This document shows positions 1-9,332 of a DNA stretch of 64,000 bases, piece by piece (the stretch's first letter is position 1; every line of letters begins with the position of its first letter). A model generated the notes under the pieces. The model had not been told where the DNA came from, did no database searches, and saw nothing but the letters and a program-made list of their open reading frames with translations. The stretch is from an uncultured bacterium. GTDB taxonomy: Bacteria; Actinomycetota; Acidimicrobiia; Spongiisociales; UBA5794. The stretch lies in contig CBDUNF010000001.1 of NCBI GenBank assembly GCA_965368515.1, positions 4,265-68,264 of the forward strand, given 5' to 3'. The position numbers and the translations under genes are program-made.

Positions 1-253
1 GGCCGTTCAGTTTCCCCGAGAGTGTCGGGCGAGAGAGCCTGCCTTTCGCTTCGACGTGGAGCCCCAACTGTTGGGCGACCCGGCGCCAGGCTCCGACGCT
101 GTTCTGATGCGACTGGTACGCCATGTAGGCGATGCCGACGATGATGAGAATGACAATTGCGAAAAAGGGCATGGGCTCAAGTCTACGCCTGCGGGCGCAG
201 CCGGCAGGCTGCGCCCGCAGGTTTGAGTTCCGCTACGCGGAACTCAGCCATCC

Positions 254-1204
254 ATGTCGGATCTCTGTGGAGTATCGCCGCGGTGTGCGGGATTGCGGTA
301 CGCGGGCAGGTTTGGGTTACGCGGTGCTGGGTATCGTGCGGTGGTGCATCGTGTCCGTGATCACTCGGGAACTTCATATCTCTCTGAGGTGACTGCCTTG
401 CTCCAGCGTGCCAGGAGAGAGCATCCGACGAAGGGTCTATGGGAGGCTGCGGACCGTCAGTGGTGGTGGCGAACACCCCGAAGCACCGACGACCAACCGA
501 TGCCGTTCTGGTACGACGAGCACGGCCCGGTTGCGGCAGCTGTGACCACCGCATGGTCATCCAGTACGTGGCTCGATCTGATCACTCTCCCGTCGGTGGA
601 AGCCTCCCTGATTCGAGAGATCTTTGAGCGGGCTCAGGAGCTCACCACGGATCTTGCGCCTGTCGAGATGCTGGTTGACGACGAGGACGAGGCCCTCATC
701 AGGCTTCTCAGTGACGCCGGGTTCCATCAAGGGTCGGGGGACGTGACGGCATGGCTGAACGCAGCGACGAGACCCGAGGTCAGCACCCTTCCGGACGGTT
801 ACTCGCTCCACAGCCGAGCCACCCGTGCATCAACCGTCCACCACTTTGCTCAACGCAACGGTCCTGAGGTCGAGAGTCGGCTGCGGCAGACTTCGCTTTA
901 CCGACCGGATCTCGATCTGTTCGTGGTTGACGACGAAGGCCGTGTCGCGGCCTATGGGCTGTTTTGGAACGACCCAGCTACCGGTGTCGGCCTTGTGGAG
1001 CCAATAGGCACTGAACCGCCCCACCGAGGCAAGGGGCTCGCCCGGCACGTCGTGGCTACCGGAGTTCACAAGCTCCTTGCGGCAGGGAGCCAGCGAACCA
1101 AGGTCAGCTATGAAAGCGACAATGCCGCGGCGGTTGCCCTGTACCTCGGTGCGGGGTTTGAGCCAACCATGACCTGCTCCCTATGGAGCACCTCCCCAGA
1201 CTGA
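254..1204 (+). CDS. GNAT family N-acetyltransferase with long N-terminal extension (possibly two-domain); start uncertain (in-frame GTG at 389 possible)
   Basis: C-terminal acetyl-CoA binding motif (RGKGLARHVV...GAGFEP); first ~40 aa Arg-rich low-complexity, so the true start is probably downstream. Confidence 0.55.
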   Translation: MSDLCGVSPRCAGLRYAGRFGLRGAGYRAVVHRVRDHSGTSYLSEVTALLQRARREHPTKGLWEAADRQWWWRTPRSTDDQPMPFWYDEHGPVAAAVTTAWSSSTWLDLITLPSVEASLIREIFERAQELTTDLAPVEMLVDDEDEALIRLLSDAGFHQGSGDVTAWLNAATRPEVSTLPDGYSLHSRATRASTVHHFAQRNGPEVESRLRQTSLYRPDLDLFVVDDEGRVAAYGLFWNDPATGVGLVEPIGTEPPHRGKGLARHVVATGVHKLLAAGSQRTKVSYESDNAAAVALYLGAGFEPTMTCSLWSTSPD

Positions 1205-1298
1205 CCCGCCCATTGGCAGAATTGCCGAGCGGTGGATTCGCTTGCAGGCGAGCCTGGGCAGTCTTGCCCTCGCCCACTTCGGCTCAGCCTGCCCAGCC

Positions 1299-1775
1299 CT
1301 AGTACCCGCCGCCGAGTTTGGTGTGGTCCCAGGTGATGGTCTTCATGGGTTCTACGACCACAGCCGTGTTCTTGGACGCAAACCGCCCAAAGGCTGCTTC
1401 GAGAGCGTCGGTGTCGAGCTCGATCGGTGCATCGTTGATCATCGGGTACTTGGCCGCGAGCCCACCGTAGATCGACAGCACATAATCGGGGTCGGTGACA
1501 AGAAGCGCAGTCCCTTTGATCATCACGCCTTGCAGCTGTGAGTAGTCGTCGCCCGTCTCCACCAAGACTGTCAGTTTGGGGTTGCGTTGCAGATTGACGA
1601 TCTTCTGCGACTTGGTGAACGAGCGGAACACGACCTTGCCGTCGTCCATGACGTACCACATGGGTGCGAGATGCGGCCAGCCGTCAGCGCCGACTGTGGA
1701 TACCTCGAGCACCGTGTTCGTGCTGAGAAACTGTTGAACCTCTTCCGGGGTCATAGTTATGTCTTTGCGTGCCAT
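1299..1775 (-). CDS. pyridoxamine 5'-phosphate oxidase family / PPOX class F420-dependent enzyme
   Basis: 158 aa; split-barrel flavin-binding-like sequence (WPHLAPMWYVMDDGKVVF...); size and composition typical of PPOX-class proteins. Confidence 0.65.
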   Translation of the reverse strand: MARKDITMTPEEVQQFLSTNTVLEVSTVGADGWPHLAPMWYVMDDGKVVFRSFTKSQKIVNLQRNPKLTVLVETGDDYSQLQGVMIKGTALLVTDPDYVLSIYGGLAAKYPMINDAPIELDTDALEAAFGRFASKNTAVVVEPMKTITWDHTKLGGGY

Positions 1776-2028
1776 AGGAGCAACATAGCCGGTCGGCGGA
1801 ATGCCGTCGCAACGGGTAACGTTCTACGAATAGCAACCCGTACGGGCGACCAGATTGGCGGCCGATACACCGGTTGACCCAAACACAACTGAATCCACCG
1901 ACCCTGAGACCAGCCGCGGCGGTTCCAGGGACGCCCCTGGGCCGAGCCCCGGTTTGACGCAGCCAAACCGGAAGCTGCCCAAAGGGCAGCCCCCAACCCA
2001 TTCTCCGGGTGGGGAGAAGGGAAACGAC

Positions 2029-2940
2029 ATGACCAAGAGACTCACCGCACCGGCGATCAAAGCCCGCAAGGGTGGCGAGAAGCTGACGATGGTCACCGCA
2101 TACGACGAGCCCTCGGCCCGTATCGCCGATCGCGCCGGCGTCGACATCATTCTGGTGGGTGACTCGGTCGCCAACGCTGTCCTTGGCCGTGCGGACACGC
2201 TCGCTATGTCCGTTGATGAGATGGTCTATCACACCGCTGCGGTCATGACCGCAGCCCCCTCCGCCCTTGTTGTCGCAGACATGCCGTGGCTCAGCTATCA
2301 CACGACCCCGAAGGAAGCGGTTCATAATGCCGGTCGCTTGATTCGTGACGGGGGAGCGGGCGCCGTGAAGCTCGAAGGCGGACGCAAGCGGCTCGACGTT
2401 GTTGCTGCGGTACTGGGTGCTGAGATCCCGGTGATGGGTCATCTCGGACTCACTCCCCAATCGGTTCACGCTATGGGTGGATACCGGGTTCAGGGCAAGC
2501 AAGCTGCCGCCGCGTACGAACTGATCACCGACGCGAAACTCCTCGCCGATGCGGGTGTGTTTGCGATTGTGCTCGAAGGCGTTCCAGACATGGTTGCCAA
2601 GATGGTCACCGACGAGATCGCGATTCCAACAATCGGGATCGGAGCGGGTGCCGAATGTGACGGTCAGGTACTTGTGTTCCACGACGTGCTTGGTCTGCAC
2701 GACAAGCGTACGGCCAAGTTCGTTCGACAGTACGCCCAACTCGCAAACGTTGCGGTCGAAGCGCTCGAGCAGTTCTTTGCGGACGTCCGTAGTGGAGAAT
2801 TCCCCGGCGAAGCCGAGACCTATCACATGCCGGACGAGTCGGCCGAGATCCTCAAGGAACTGAGCGAGACCGCAGGCGAGCTCCCCGGCTCCGGTGTCGC
2901 CACCGACAGCTTCCTCGCCGACGAAGCCATGGAGCAGTAG
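2029..2940 (+). CDS. panB: 3-methyl-2-oxobutanoate hydroxymethyltransferase (ketopantoate hydroxymethyltransferase)
   Basis: TAYD...ILVGDS...GHLGLTPQS PanB signature residues; GGAGAAGG RBS upstream of ATG at 2029. Confidence 0.9.
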   Translation: MTKRLTAPAIKARKGGEKLTMVTAYDEPSARIADRAGVDIILVGDSVANAVLGRADTLAMSVDEMVYHTAAVMTAAPSALVVADMPWLSYHTTPKEAVHNAGRLIRDGGAGAVKLEGGRKRLDVVAAVLGAEIPVMGHLGLTPQSVHAMGGYRVQGKQAAAAYELITDAKLLADAGVFAIVLEGVPDMVAKMVTDEIAIPTIGIGAGAECDGQVLVFHDVLGLHDKRTAKFVRQYAQLANVAVEALEQFFADVRSGEFPGEAETYHMPDESAEILKELSETAGELPGSGVATDSFLADEAMEQ

Positions 2941-3044
2941 CGCGGGCACCAGCGCAGTGAGCGGGTGGACTACCGCCGCATGCCTAGAACAACAAGGAAG
3001 CGGCCCCCGATTGGGAGCCGCTTCCTCGTTAGTAGTGGTCGCTT

Positions 3045-4019
3045 CTAGCCCTTCACCGAGCCCGCAGTAATACCTCTCACGAAGAACCTCTGCAGTGCAA
3101 AGAACACGAGTAGAGGCCCGACGGTGATCACAAACGCTCCAGCCGTCAGCAAGTGTTCTCGAGCTCCAAACTCTCCTGCCAGCGATGCCACCACGATCGT
3201 GCCGGGCAGCGCCTCCCTATTGCCCCCGATCATCGTGAGGGCGATCAGGTAGTCGTTCCAGGTCCAGAGGAACTGGAAGATGGCGAACGCAGCCAGCACC
3301 GGAACCGATAACGGGAGAACCAGCCGCCAGAAGACCTTGAAGTGATCGGCGCCGTCGATGGCAGCCGATTCGAACAGGTCTTTCGGCAGGCCTGCGATGT
3401 AGTTGTGCAATAGGAATATCGCGAACGGCATCGCAAAACCGGTGTGGGTTAACCACACCGCCGGTATCTCGCCGGATAAGTCCAAATCCGGGAACAACTG
3501 AACCGTCTTCTCAATGAACGGCAATGTCAGGGCGACACCGTTCGAGTAGGCCGATAGCAGCGGGATCAGCGCCACCTGCGTGGGTACTGCCAACAGAGCC
3601 ACGGTGGCGATGAACAACCACTCCCGGCCCTTGAAGTCGATCCAGGCGAAGGCATACGCGGCAAAAGCTGCGATCGCGATCGGGATGATCGTGGCGACCA
3701 CTGCGATAGCGACTGAGTTGAGCAATGCGTTGCCGAGGCCTGCACCAACGTCGGGGAAGAGCACCTCGCGGTAGTTGTCCAATGTCGGGAAGTCGAACCC
3801 GTTGGCGTTGTCTCTGAAGGCATTCCAGAATCCGCTGCCGCGTTGTGCGTCTCGAGTTCGGAACGAATTCACGAACAAGCTGAAAGTCGGGATCGTCCAT
3901 AGGATGACAAGGATCCAGAGGAACCACGTAGGAATCCCACGGAGGAACCCGTAAATACGCTTCCCCAGGGGACGACGCTGTGTGACGGCGCCGGCGGGTC
4001 GTTGCTTGGTAGTTGTCAT
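3045..4019 (-). CDS. carbohydrate ABC transporter permease (MalG-like)
   Basis: EAA-like loop (ESAAIDGADHFKVFWRLVLPL); multiple TM segments; 4-nt overlap with upstream permease gene. Confidence 0.85.
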   Translation of the reverse strand: MTTTKQRPAGAVTQRRPLGKRIYGFLRGIPTWFLWILVILWTIPTFSLFVNSFRTRDAQRGSGFWNAFRDNANGFDFPTLDNYREVLFPDVGAGLGNALLNSVAIAVVATIIPIAIAAFAAYAFAWIDFKGREWLFIATVALLAVPTQVALIPLLSAYSNGVALTLPFIEKTVQLFPDLDLSGEIPAVWLTHTGFAMPFAIFLLHNYIAGLPKDLFESAAIDGADHFKVFWRLVLPLSVPVLAAFAIFQFLWTWNDYLIALTMIGGNREALPGTIVVASLAGEFGAREHLLTAGAFVITVGPLLVFFALQRFFVRGITAGSVKG

Positions 4020-5920
4020 CCCAGCCTCTCTCTCTGCATCCGTCGAATATTGATCGCCATTACAGGAAGAACAGCGATGAACAGGACGACGGCCACCGCC
4101 GAGCCCATGCCGAAGTCAAGCTGAGTAAAGGCTCGTTCCCACATCTCATTGGCAAGCACCTGGGTATCGAAGTTGCCATTGGTCATGACCTTCGGGATAT
4201 CGAAAACCTTGAGCACCGTGACGACCAGCGTGGTGACCACAACCCCGATCGTGGGATAGATCTGCGGGATCGTCACTCGCCAGAAGGTCTGCGACTCGGT
4301 TGCGCCATCGATGCGTGCTGCCTCCAGGAGATCCTCGGGCACCGCCTTGATGGCGGCTGAGAAGATGACCATGGCGAAACCGGTCTGGATCCAGATGAAC
4401 ACGACCATCATCCAGAAGTTGTTCCACGGAGCTTCCTGGATGAAGAGCACCGGATCTGAGAGCACCCGGATCTCGCCGTCGAATTCGAATAGCTCGAATC
4501 CGCCGATACCGGGTCCGTTGAACTGGTAGATCAACCATCCCAAGCCGGCGACGATGGCCAGGCATCCCGCCACGATGCCGTTAGAGCCTGCCTGCCAGCC
4601 GCGCCAAGCCAGATATCCCAAAGCGGCGATAAACGCCAGCAGCACGATGGTGACGACGAGGCGCGCCGTCCCGGAGTTGCTCCACTCACCGATCATCACC
4701 CAGAGCGAGTTGAGGACGCCGCTCTGCGGATCCTGGGGTGGTCGGGCAACGTAGATCAGACGCCAGATAATCGAGGCGCCGACGAAGCTGATTGCCATCG
4801 GCAGGAAGATCAACGACTTTGCGATGTTCTCTCCCCTGGACCGATCAGCGAGAACAGCCACCGCGAGGCCGAGGGAGACGGCGAACGTGATGACGCTCAA
4901 GATCCACCAGAGGTTGTTGGGAATCGTTCCCCTGATATTGGTAAAGATCGCAAAGAACAACAGCACGACACCGCCGGCCATCAGCGATAGGTTGCCCGGG
5001 TTGACCGAGAAGCCGGCCCCGATCTGCCTACCCGACAGTTTGCCTGCGACGATGCCGAGTATCCCGACCACGACCGCAATCCAGAAGAGAGAGCTGGTAA
5101 GGATGTCGCCCGCCTTATCGAAGTTGATAATGCCGGGATCACTAAACAGCTCTGCATAGTTGGAGAATCCGGTTGGGGATAGGTCGTTCGGGTTCCCGCT
5201 CAAGAAGCTCAACCAGATGGTTCGCCCGAGTGGAATGACCAGAGCGGATCCCACGAACAGGAGCGCCGGGGCCAGGAAGATGTACTTTCTGCTTCCGAGC
5301 GCGATCTCGGCACGTTTCACCCGGGACGGCCGAGGTCGCCATCCCACGGCCAATCCAACCAGGAGGCCGAGGACGATTGCGACCACGATCATTTCGACGC
5401 GGGAACCATCGAGCGTGGCTGCCACCCAGGCACCGAGCAGCCAACCGAATGCCGCTCCGGCTATGAGCGACCGTGTCAGCTTCTCCGGGTCTCTACCTTT
5501 CAGCACCCAGATCAGGAATCCCAAACCGACGCCGATGAGCAGGCCGACGATCACACCGATAGGGTCGATCGAGGGCTTGATCGTTTGGTCGGCGGCGACA
5601 CCAAGGAGCACCCCGAGCGCACCACCTCCGGCTGCACCGACGATCATCCGCTGGGTGCGGTCCTGGATCAGGCTGAGGGCCAGCCCGGTACCGCCGCCAA
5701 TCACTAAAGCGACCAAGGTGACTACAACCGGGGAATCGATCATGCGATTACCCCAGAGCAATAGGAACACCACGCCCGACAGGAGACCTCCCGTGATGGT
5801 GCTGTAGCGCGGGTATTTGTCCTCGGTCAGGTCAAACACCTTGTTGACCCCGATGAAGATCAGGGCGCTCAAGCCTATGGCACCGACGATGCCTAGGACG
5901 GTGACGACAAGTCTGTTCAT
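4016..5920 (-). CDS. carbohydrate ABC transporter permease (MalF-like, extended N-terminal membrane domain)
   Basis: C-terminal EAA motif (EAARIDGATESQTFWRVTIP); about 12+ predicted TM helices; in operon with the substrate-binding protein and MalG-like gene. Confidence 0.8.
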   Translation of the reverse strand: MNRLVVTVLGIVGAIGLSALIFIGVNKVFDLTEDKYPRYSTITGGLLSGVVFLLLWGNRMIDSPVVVTLVALVIGGGTGLALSLIQDRTQRMIVGAAGGGALGVLLGVAADQTIKPSIDPIGVIVGLLIGVGLGFLIWVLKGRDPEKLTRSLIAGAAFGWLLGAWVAATLDGSRVEMIVVAIVLGLLVGLAVGWRPRPSRVKRAEIALGSRKYIFLAPALLFVGSALVIPLGRTIWLSFLSGNPNDLSPTGFSNYAELFSDPGIINFDKAGDILTSSLFWIAVVVGILGIVAGKLSGRQIGAGFSVNPGNLSLMAGGVVLLFFAIFTNIRGTIPNNLWWILSVITFAVSLGLAVAVLADRSRGENIAKSLIFLPMAISFVGASIIWRLIYVARPPQDPQSGVLNSLWVMIGEWSNSGTARLVVTIVLLAFIAALGYLAWRGWQAGSNGIVAGCLAIVAGLGWLIYQFNGPGIGGFELFEFDGEIRVLSDPVLFIQEAPWNNFWMMVVFIWIQTGFAMVIFSAAIKAVPEDLLEAARIDGATESQTFWRVTIPQIYPTIGVVVTTLVVTVLKVFDIPKVMTNGNFDTQVLANEMWERAFTQLDFGMGSAVAVVLFIAVLPVMAINIRRMQRERLG

Positions 5921-5977
5921 GGTTCTCCCTTGTCCGCTCCCGGTTGGTTCAATCTAGTGAACCGATCTTGCTGGCGC

Positions 5978-6017
5978 CGAAAAGACAGAAGCCAGCCCGC
6001 AATGCGGGCTGGCTTCT
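5978..6017 (-). terminator. intrinsic terminator/attenuator hairpin between the substrate-binding protein and permease genes (14-bp perfect stem)
   Basis: AGAAGCCAGCCCGC-AAT-GCGGGCTGGCTTCT, followed on the minus strand by a TCTTTTC tract. Confidence 0.5.
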
Positions 6018-6040
6018 GTGTCTATCACGCTTGAACCGGA

Positions 6041-7450
6041 CTAGTTGGTCGGCCAAGCAGCGTCGATGGCGGTAAATGCATCCTCAACGCTCTTGTCACC
6101 GTTGACTGCGCTGGTGCCTTCAGTCCAGAAGGCTCCTGAACCGACCGCGGCCGGCATCAGGTCCGAGCCATCGAAACGGGCCGGAGCCGCGTTCAACAGG
6201 ATCGAGATGAAGCCGCCCTCGAGCTCGTTCCACAAGCTCAGGTCGACACCGAGGTTCGAAGTCAGGAAGCCAGAGGCGTCGCCGCCCTTGATCTCCCGCT
6301 GCGCCTTCTGACGCTCTTCGGCATACTCGGTGGAACCAAGGTACTCCATCACTGCCCACACCTCGGGGGCGTCACGGAACGCTGCTGCCGAGTTGCCGGC
6401 GGTCAGCGTCGGGGACGAGTCCGTGTCGACGTTCGGGAAGTAGAACGTGCCGATCTGGCCGCCCTCACCAACGGTCGTGCCTTCAGGCAGGAACGCAGCG
6501 AAGAATGAGGCCTGGCGAACCATGGCGCAAGTGCCGTCGACGAGCGGCTGCCCGTGATCAGCGCTGTGTGCCGTAGCTGAGATCGAACCGCCAGCAGCAT
6601 AGGTGTTGCCCGGCGTGTTCCAGATGTCCAGGATCGCGTTGGCCACAGCCGTGACTCGCGGATCCGAGAACTTCAGCTCATTGGAAGTCCACTGGTCGTA
6701 GGCCTCGGGGCCTTCGAGCCGCAGCATCATGTCTTCCATCCAGTCGGTGAAAACCCAACCGGTGGCAGGTCCGGATTCGATACCGATGCACCAAGGGGTT
6801 TGGCTAGCAGCGATCATCTCATTGCTGAGAGTAACGAGCTCATCGAATGTCGTCGGGATCGCATAGCCGCCGTCGGCGAAGACCTGCTGGTTGTACCAGA
6901 CGATCGACTTCAGGTCGGTCTTGACCTGGAAGGCGTAGACATCGTCCTCATACGTGTAGGTCTCGAGCGTGCCCGCCGGCCACTGTGGCCTGACGACAGC
7001 CTCGACAGCATCCGGAATGGGTAGCAGGAAGCCCTGCGCAGCAAAGTCGAGGACCTTGCCGGGCTGCGGGAACATTGCGATATCCGGCGGGTTGCCACCG
7101 GCTGCCTGTGCGTTGATCTGGTCCGAGAAGTCACGAGCACCAGTGTGGGTGATCGTCATCCCGTTCCGCTCGGCAAAGACGTCGAGCGCCCGCTGAATGC
7201 CGGTCGCCTCGTCCGCACCATCCTCAGAAGAGAAGATCGTTACGCTTGTTCCCGCGAGGTCCACCATTGGGGCCTCTGTTGTATCGGGTGCGGCAGTGGT
7301 ATCGGTTCCACCATCGCTTGGCGCGGCCGTCGTTTCGGCCGCCGTTGTGTCTGAGGGTGCCGCCGTTGTGCCTTCATCCGCATCGTCGCCGCACGCAGCA
7401 GCAAAGAGAGCGAAGACAACAAGCAGCAGCAGCCACTTGAATTGCTTCAT
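6041..7450 (-). CDS. sugar ABC transporter substrate-binding lipoprotein
   Basis: Lipoprotein signal LLLVVFALFAAACGDD; Thr/Ala-rich linker; extracellular solute-binding fold; AAGGAGGAGG RBS upstream of ATG at 7450. Confidence 0.85.
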   Translation of the reverse strand: MKQFKWLLLLVVFALFAAACGDDADEGTTAAPSDTTAAETTAAPSDGGTDTTAAPDTTEAPMVDLAGTSVTIFSSEDGADEATGIQRALDVFAERNGMTITHTGARDFSDQINAQAAGGNPPDIAMFPQPGKVLDFAAQGFLLPIPDAVEAVVRPQWPAGTLETYTYEDDVYAFQVKTDLKSIVWYNQQVFADGGYAIPTTFDELVTLSNEMIAASQTPWCIGIESGPATGWVFTDWMEDMMLRLEGPEAYDQWTSNELKFSDPRVTAVANAILDIWNTPGNTYAAGGSISATAHSADHGQPLVDGTCAMVRQASFFAAFLPEGTTVGEGGQIGTFYFPNVDTDSSPTLTAGNSAAAFRDAPEVWAVMEYLGSTEYAEERQKAQREIKGGDASGFLTSNLGVDLSLWNELEGGFISILLNAAPARFDGSDLMPAAVGSGAFWTEGTSAVNGDKSVEDAFTAIDAAWPTN

Positions 7451-7676
7451 GGAGTCCTCCTCCTTGAGCATCGGCCGAGCGCCGATGCAGGGATAACCAT
7501 ACCGACCGCTACCGGTCGCGCAAAGTCACGACGGCCCACTTCTTTCCAAGAATGGAAGCGCATCCACAGTCGGTGGAACTTCGATTGGTTAGGGCCAGGT
7601 AGTAGCCTCGACTGGAGGCGAGTTGGTGCACGCTGTTTCCCCCGAGGACACACACCCGCAAGCCGGGTAGAAAAAC

Positions 7677-7688
7677 GGAACCGGTTCC
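7677..7688. promoter_or_regulatory. perfect 12-bp palindrome GGAACCGGTTCC in the divergent promoter region (candidate operator)
   Basis: Seen directly; ~36 nt upstream of the 7724 start; shares GGAAC/GTTCC half-sites with the TTGGAACGTTCCAA boxes but with different spacing. Confidence 0.3.
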
Positions 7689-7723
7689 ATTGCTATGCTG
7701 GAGCCCAGCCCCGGAGAAGCCAT

Positions 7724-8656
7724 ATGGCCCAAGTAGTCGTATCCGAATTCATGAACGAAGCAGCGGTAGAGCCGCTGCGCGAGAAGTTCACCGTTCTATT
7801 CGACCCGGGATTGGTCGATGACCGCAACCGCCTGTTGGCGGAGCTGAGTGAAGCCGAGGCGATCATCGTTCGCAATCGAACGCAAGTCGATGCTGGCTTG
7901 CTGGCTGCCGCTCCCCGGTTGCGAGCCGTCGGACGGCTTGGTGTTGGTCTCGACAACATCGATCTCCAAGCGTGTGCAGATCGCGGAGTTGTGGTCCACC
8001 CCGCGACCGGTGCCAACGCACTAGCGGTCGCCGAGTATGTAGTTGCCTCACTCCTTATGTTGTTCCGCGGTGCGTACCAGTCGAAGGATCGGATGCTCGA
8101 CGGATCCTGGCCCCGAGCCGACCTTCAAGGTCGGGAAACTGCGGGCAAGTCTCTGGCGCTCGTCGGGCTCGGTGAGATTGCGCGCCTCGTTGCCGTGCGT
8201 GCCTCCGCCCTCGGAATGAACGTTGCCGCCTTCGATCCGTTTATTGCCGATACCGACCCGGTCTGGGATGACATCGATCGCCGCGAGACTGTCGATGCGG
8301 TGCTCGCCGGCGCAGACGCGGTGAGCGTTCACGTTCCGCTCACCGACGAGACCCGACACATACTCAACGCGTCGAGTCTCGGTGTGCTGGCCCCGGGCGC
8401 GGTTGTCGTGAATACCGCTCGTGGGGGCATCGTTGACGATGCTGCCCTCGCAGCCGCGATTCGCGCCGGGAAGATCGCCGGCGCCGCGCTTGATGTGTTC
8501 GAGGTCGAGCCGTTGACCGCTGTGGCCGCAGAGCCGTTTGTTGGACTCGACAACGTCGTGCTGACCCCACACATCGCAGGCCTCACCGCAGAATCGAATT
8601 CGCGAGTTAGCGACGTGACCGTCGCCAATGTGTTAGCAACCCTGACGAGCAAGTAG
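7724..8656 (+). CDS. D-isomer-specific 2-hydroxyacid dehydrogenase (PGDH/GyaR-like)
   Basis: NAD-binding GLGEIAR-like motif and catalytic R/E/H arrangement (NTARGGIVDDAAL...DVFEVEP...TPHIAG). Confidence 0.8.
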   Translation: MAQVVVSEFMNEAAVEPLREKFTVLFDPGLVDDRNRLLAELSEAEAIIVRNRTQVDAGLLAAAPRLRAVGRLGVGLDNIDLQACADRGVVVHPATGANALAVAEYVVASLLMLFRGAYQSKDRMLDGSWPRADLQGRETAGKSLALVGLGEIARLVAVRASALGMNVAAFDPFIADTDPVWDDIDRRETVDAVLAGADAVSVHVPLTDETRHILNASSLGVLAPGAVVVNTARGGIVDDAALAAAIRAGKIAGAALDVFEVEPLTAVAAEPFVGLDNVVLTPHIAGLTAESNSRVSDVTVANVLATLTSK

Positions 8657-8665
8657 GAGAGATAG

Positions 8666-9328
8666 ATGAAGTTCTTCCTCGATAGTGCCATGACCGACGA
8701 GATCGAATATGCCCTCGAGATGTGGGACATCGACGGGGTCACCACCAACCCACGTCACGTTCAGGTTTCCGGCAAACCGTTCATGACCGTCATCGCCGAG
8801 ATCGCCAAGATCTTCGACGGGACCGACAAGCCGATCTCGGTCGAGGTCAATCCTCACTTCGATGATTGGACAGAGATGGTGACGGAAGGCAAGAAGCTCG
8901 CCGCCCTGTCTCCCAACTTCATCATCAAGCTTCCCGCCACCGAGCCCGGATACAAGGCCGTCCACGAACTGGCCAAGGACGGCATCCAGTCGAACCTGAC
9001 TCTCGTATTCTCGGCAGCCCAGGCACTCCAAGCGATGCGCATGGGTGCGGCGTTCGTATCCCCGTTTGTCGGCTGGAAGGAAAGCAACGGCGAAGAGATC
9101 ACTCACTTCATCGACGAGGTGGCCGCGATCCGCAACGTCTTCGGATACGACACGGAGATCATCGTTGCGGCCGCCCGCAACGCCAGGCAGATCACCAACT
9201 CTGCCGTCGTCGGTGCCGACATTGTTACCGCCGGCATGCCGGTGTTCAAGGACAGCTTCGCTCATCCCTACACGGACGTTGGACTCGGCAAGTTCCAGGC
9301 TTTCTGGGACGACACCCCGTACGAGTAG
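8666..9328 (+). CDS. fructose-6-phosphate aldolase / transaldolase family protein (Fsa/TalC-like)
   Basis: MKFFLDSA...GVTTNP N-terminal signature of the Fsa/TalC subfamily; 220 aa. Confidence 0.8.
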   Translation: MKFFLDSAMTDEIEYALEMWDIDGVTTNPRHVQVSGKPFMTVIAEIAKIFDGTDKPISVEVNPHFDDWTEMVTEGKKLAALSPNFIIKLPATEPGYKAVHELAKDGIQSNLTLVFSAAQALQAMRMGAAFVSPFVGWKESNGEEITHFIDEVAAIRNVFGYDTEIIVAAARNARQITNSAVVGADIVTAGMPVFKDSFAHPYTDVGLGKFQAFWDDTPYE

Positions 9329-9332
9329 CACC

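Noticed and set aside
1684-2949. Long antisense ORFs: 1684-2949(-), 8633-9679(-), 13160-14314(-), 26314-27477(-), 29752-31014(-), 32801-33766(-), 40321-40896(-) and similar
   Set aside because: Each lies opposite a well-supported gene with clear family signatures. Their translations are Arg/Gly/Pro-rich low-complexity strings, typical of stop-codon-poor antisense frames in high-GC DNA.
5946-5964. Short inverted repeat GGTTCA-atctag-TGAACC near the permease start
   Set aside because: A 6-bp stem only. It lies next to a much stronger hairpin and was judged not separately meaningful.
9045-9332. 5' extension of the isomerase ORF (9045-9332) overlapping the Fsa aldolase gene
   Set aside because: It is out-of-frame overlap with a strongly supported gene and has a low-complexity Ser/Arg/Pro-rich translation. 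The GTG at 9333 immediately after the upstream stop is the plausible start.
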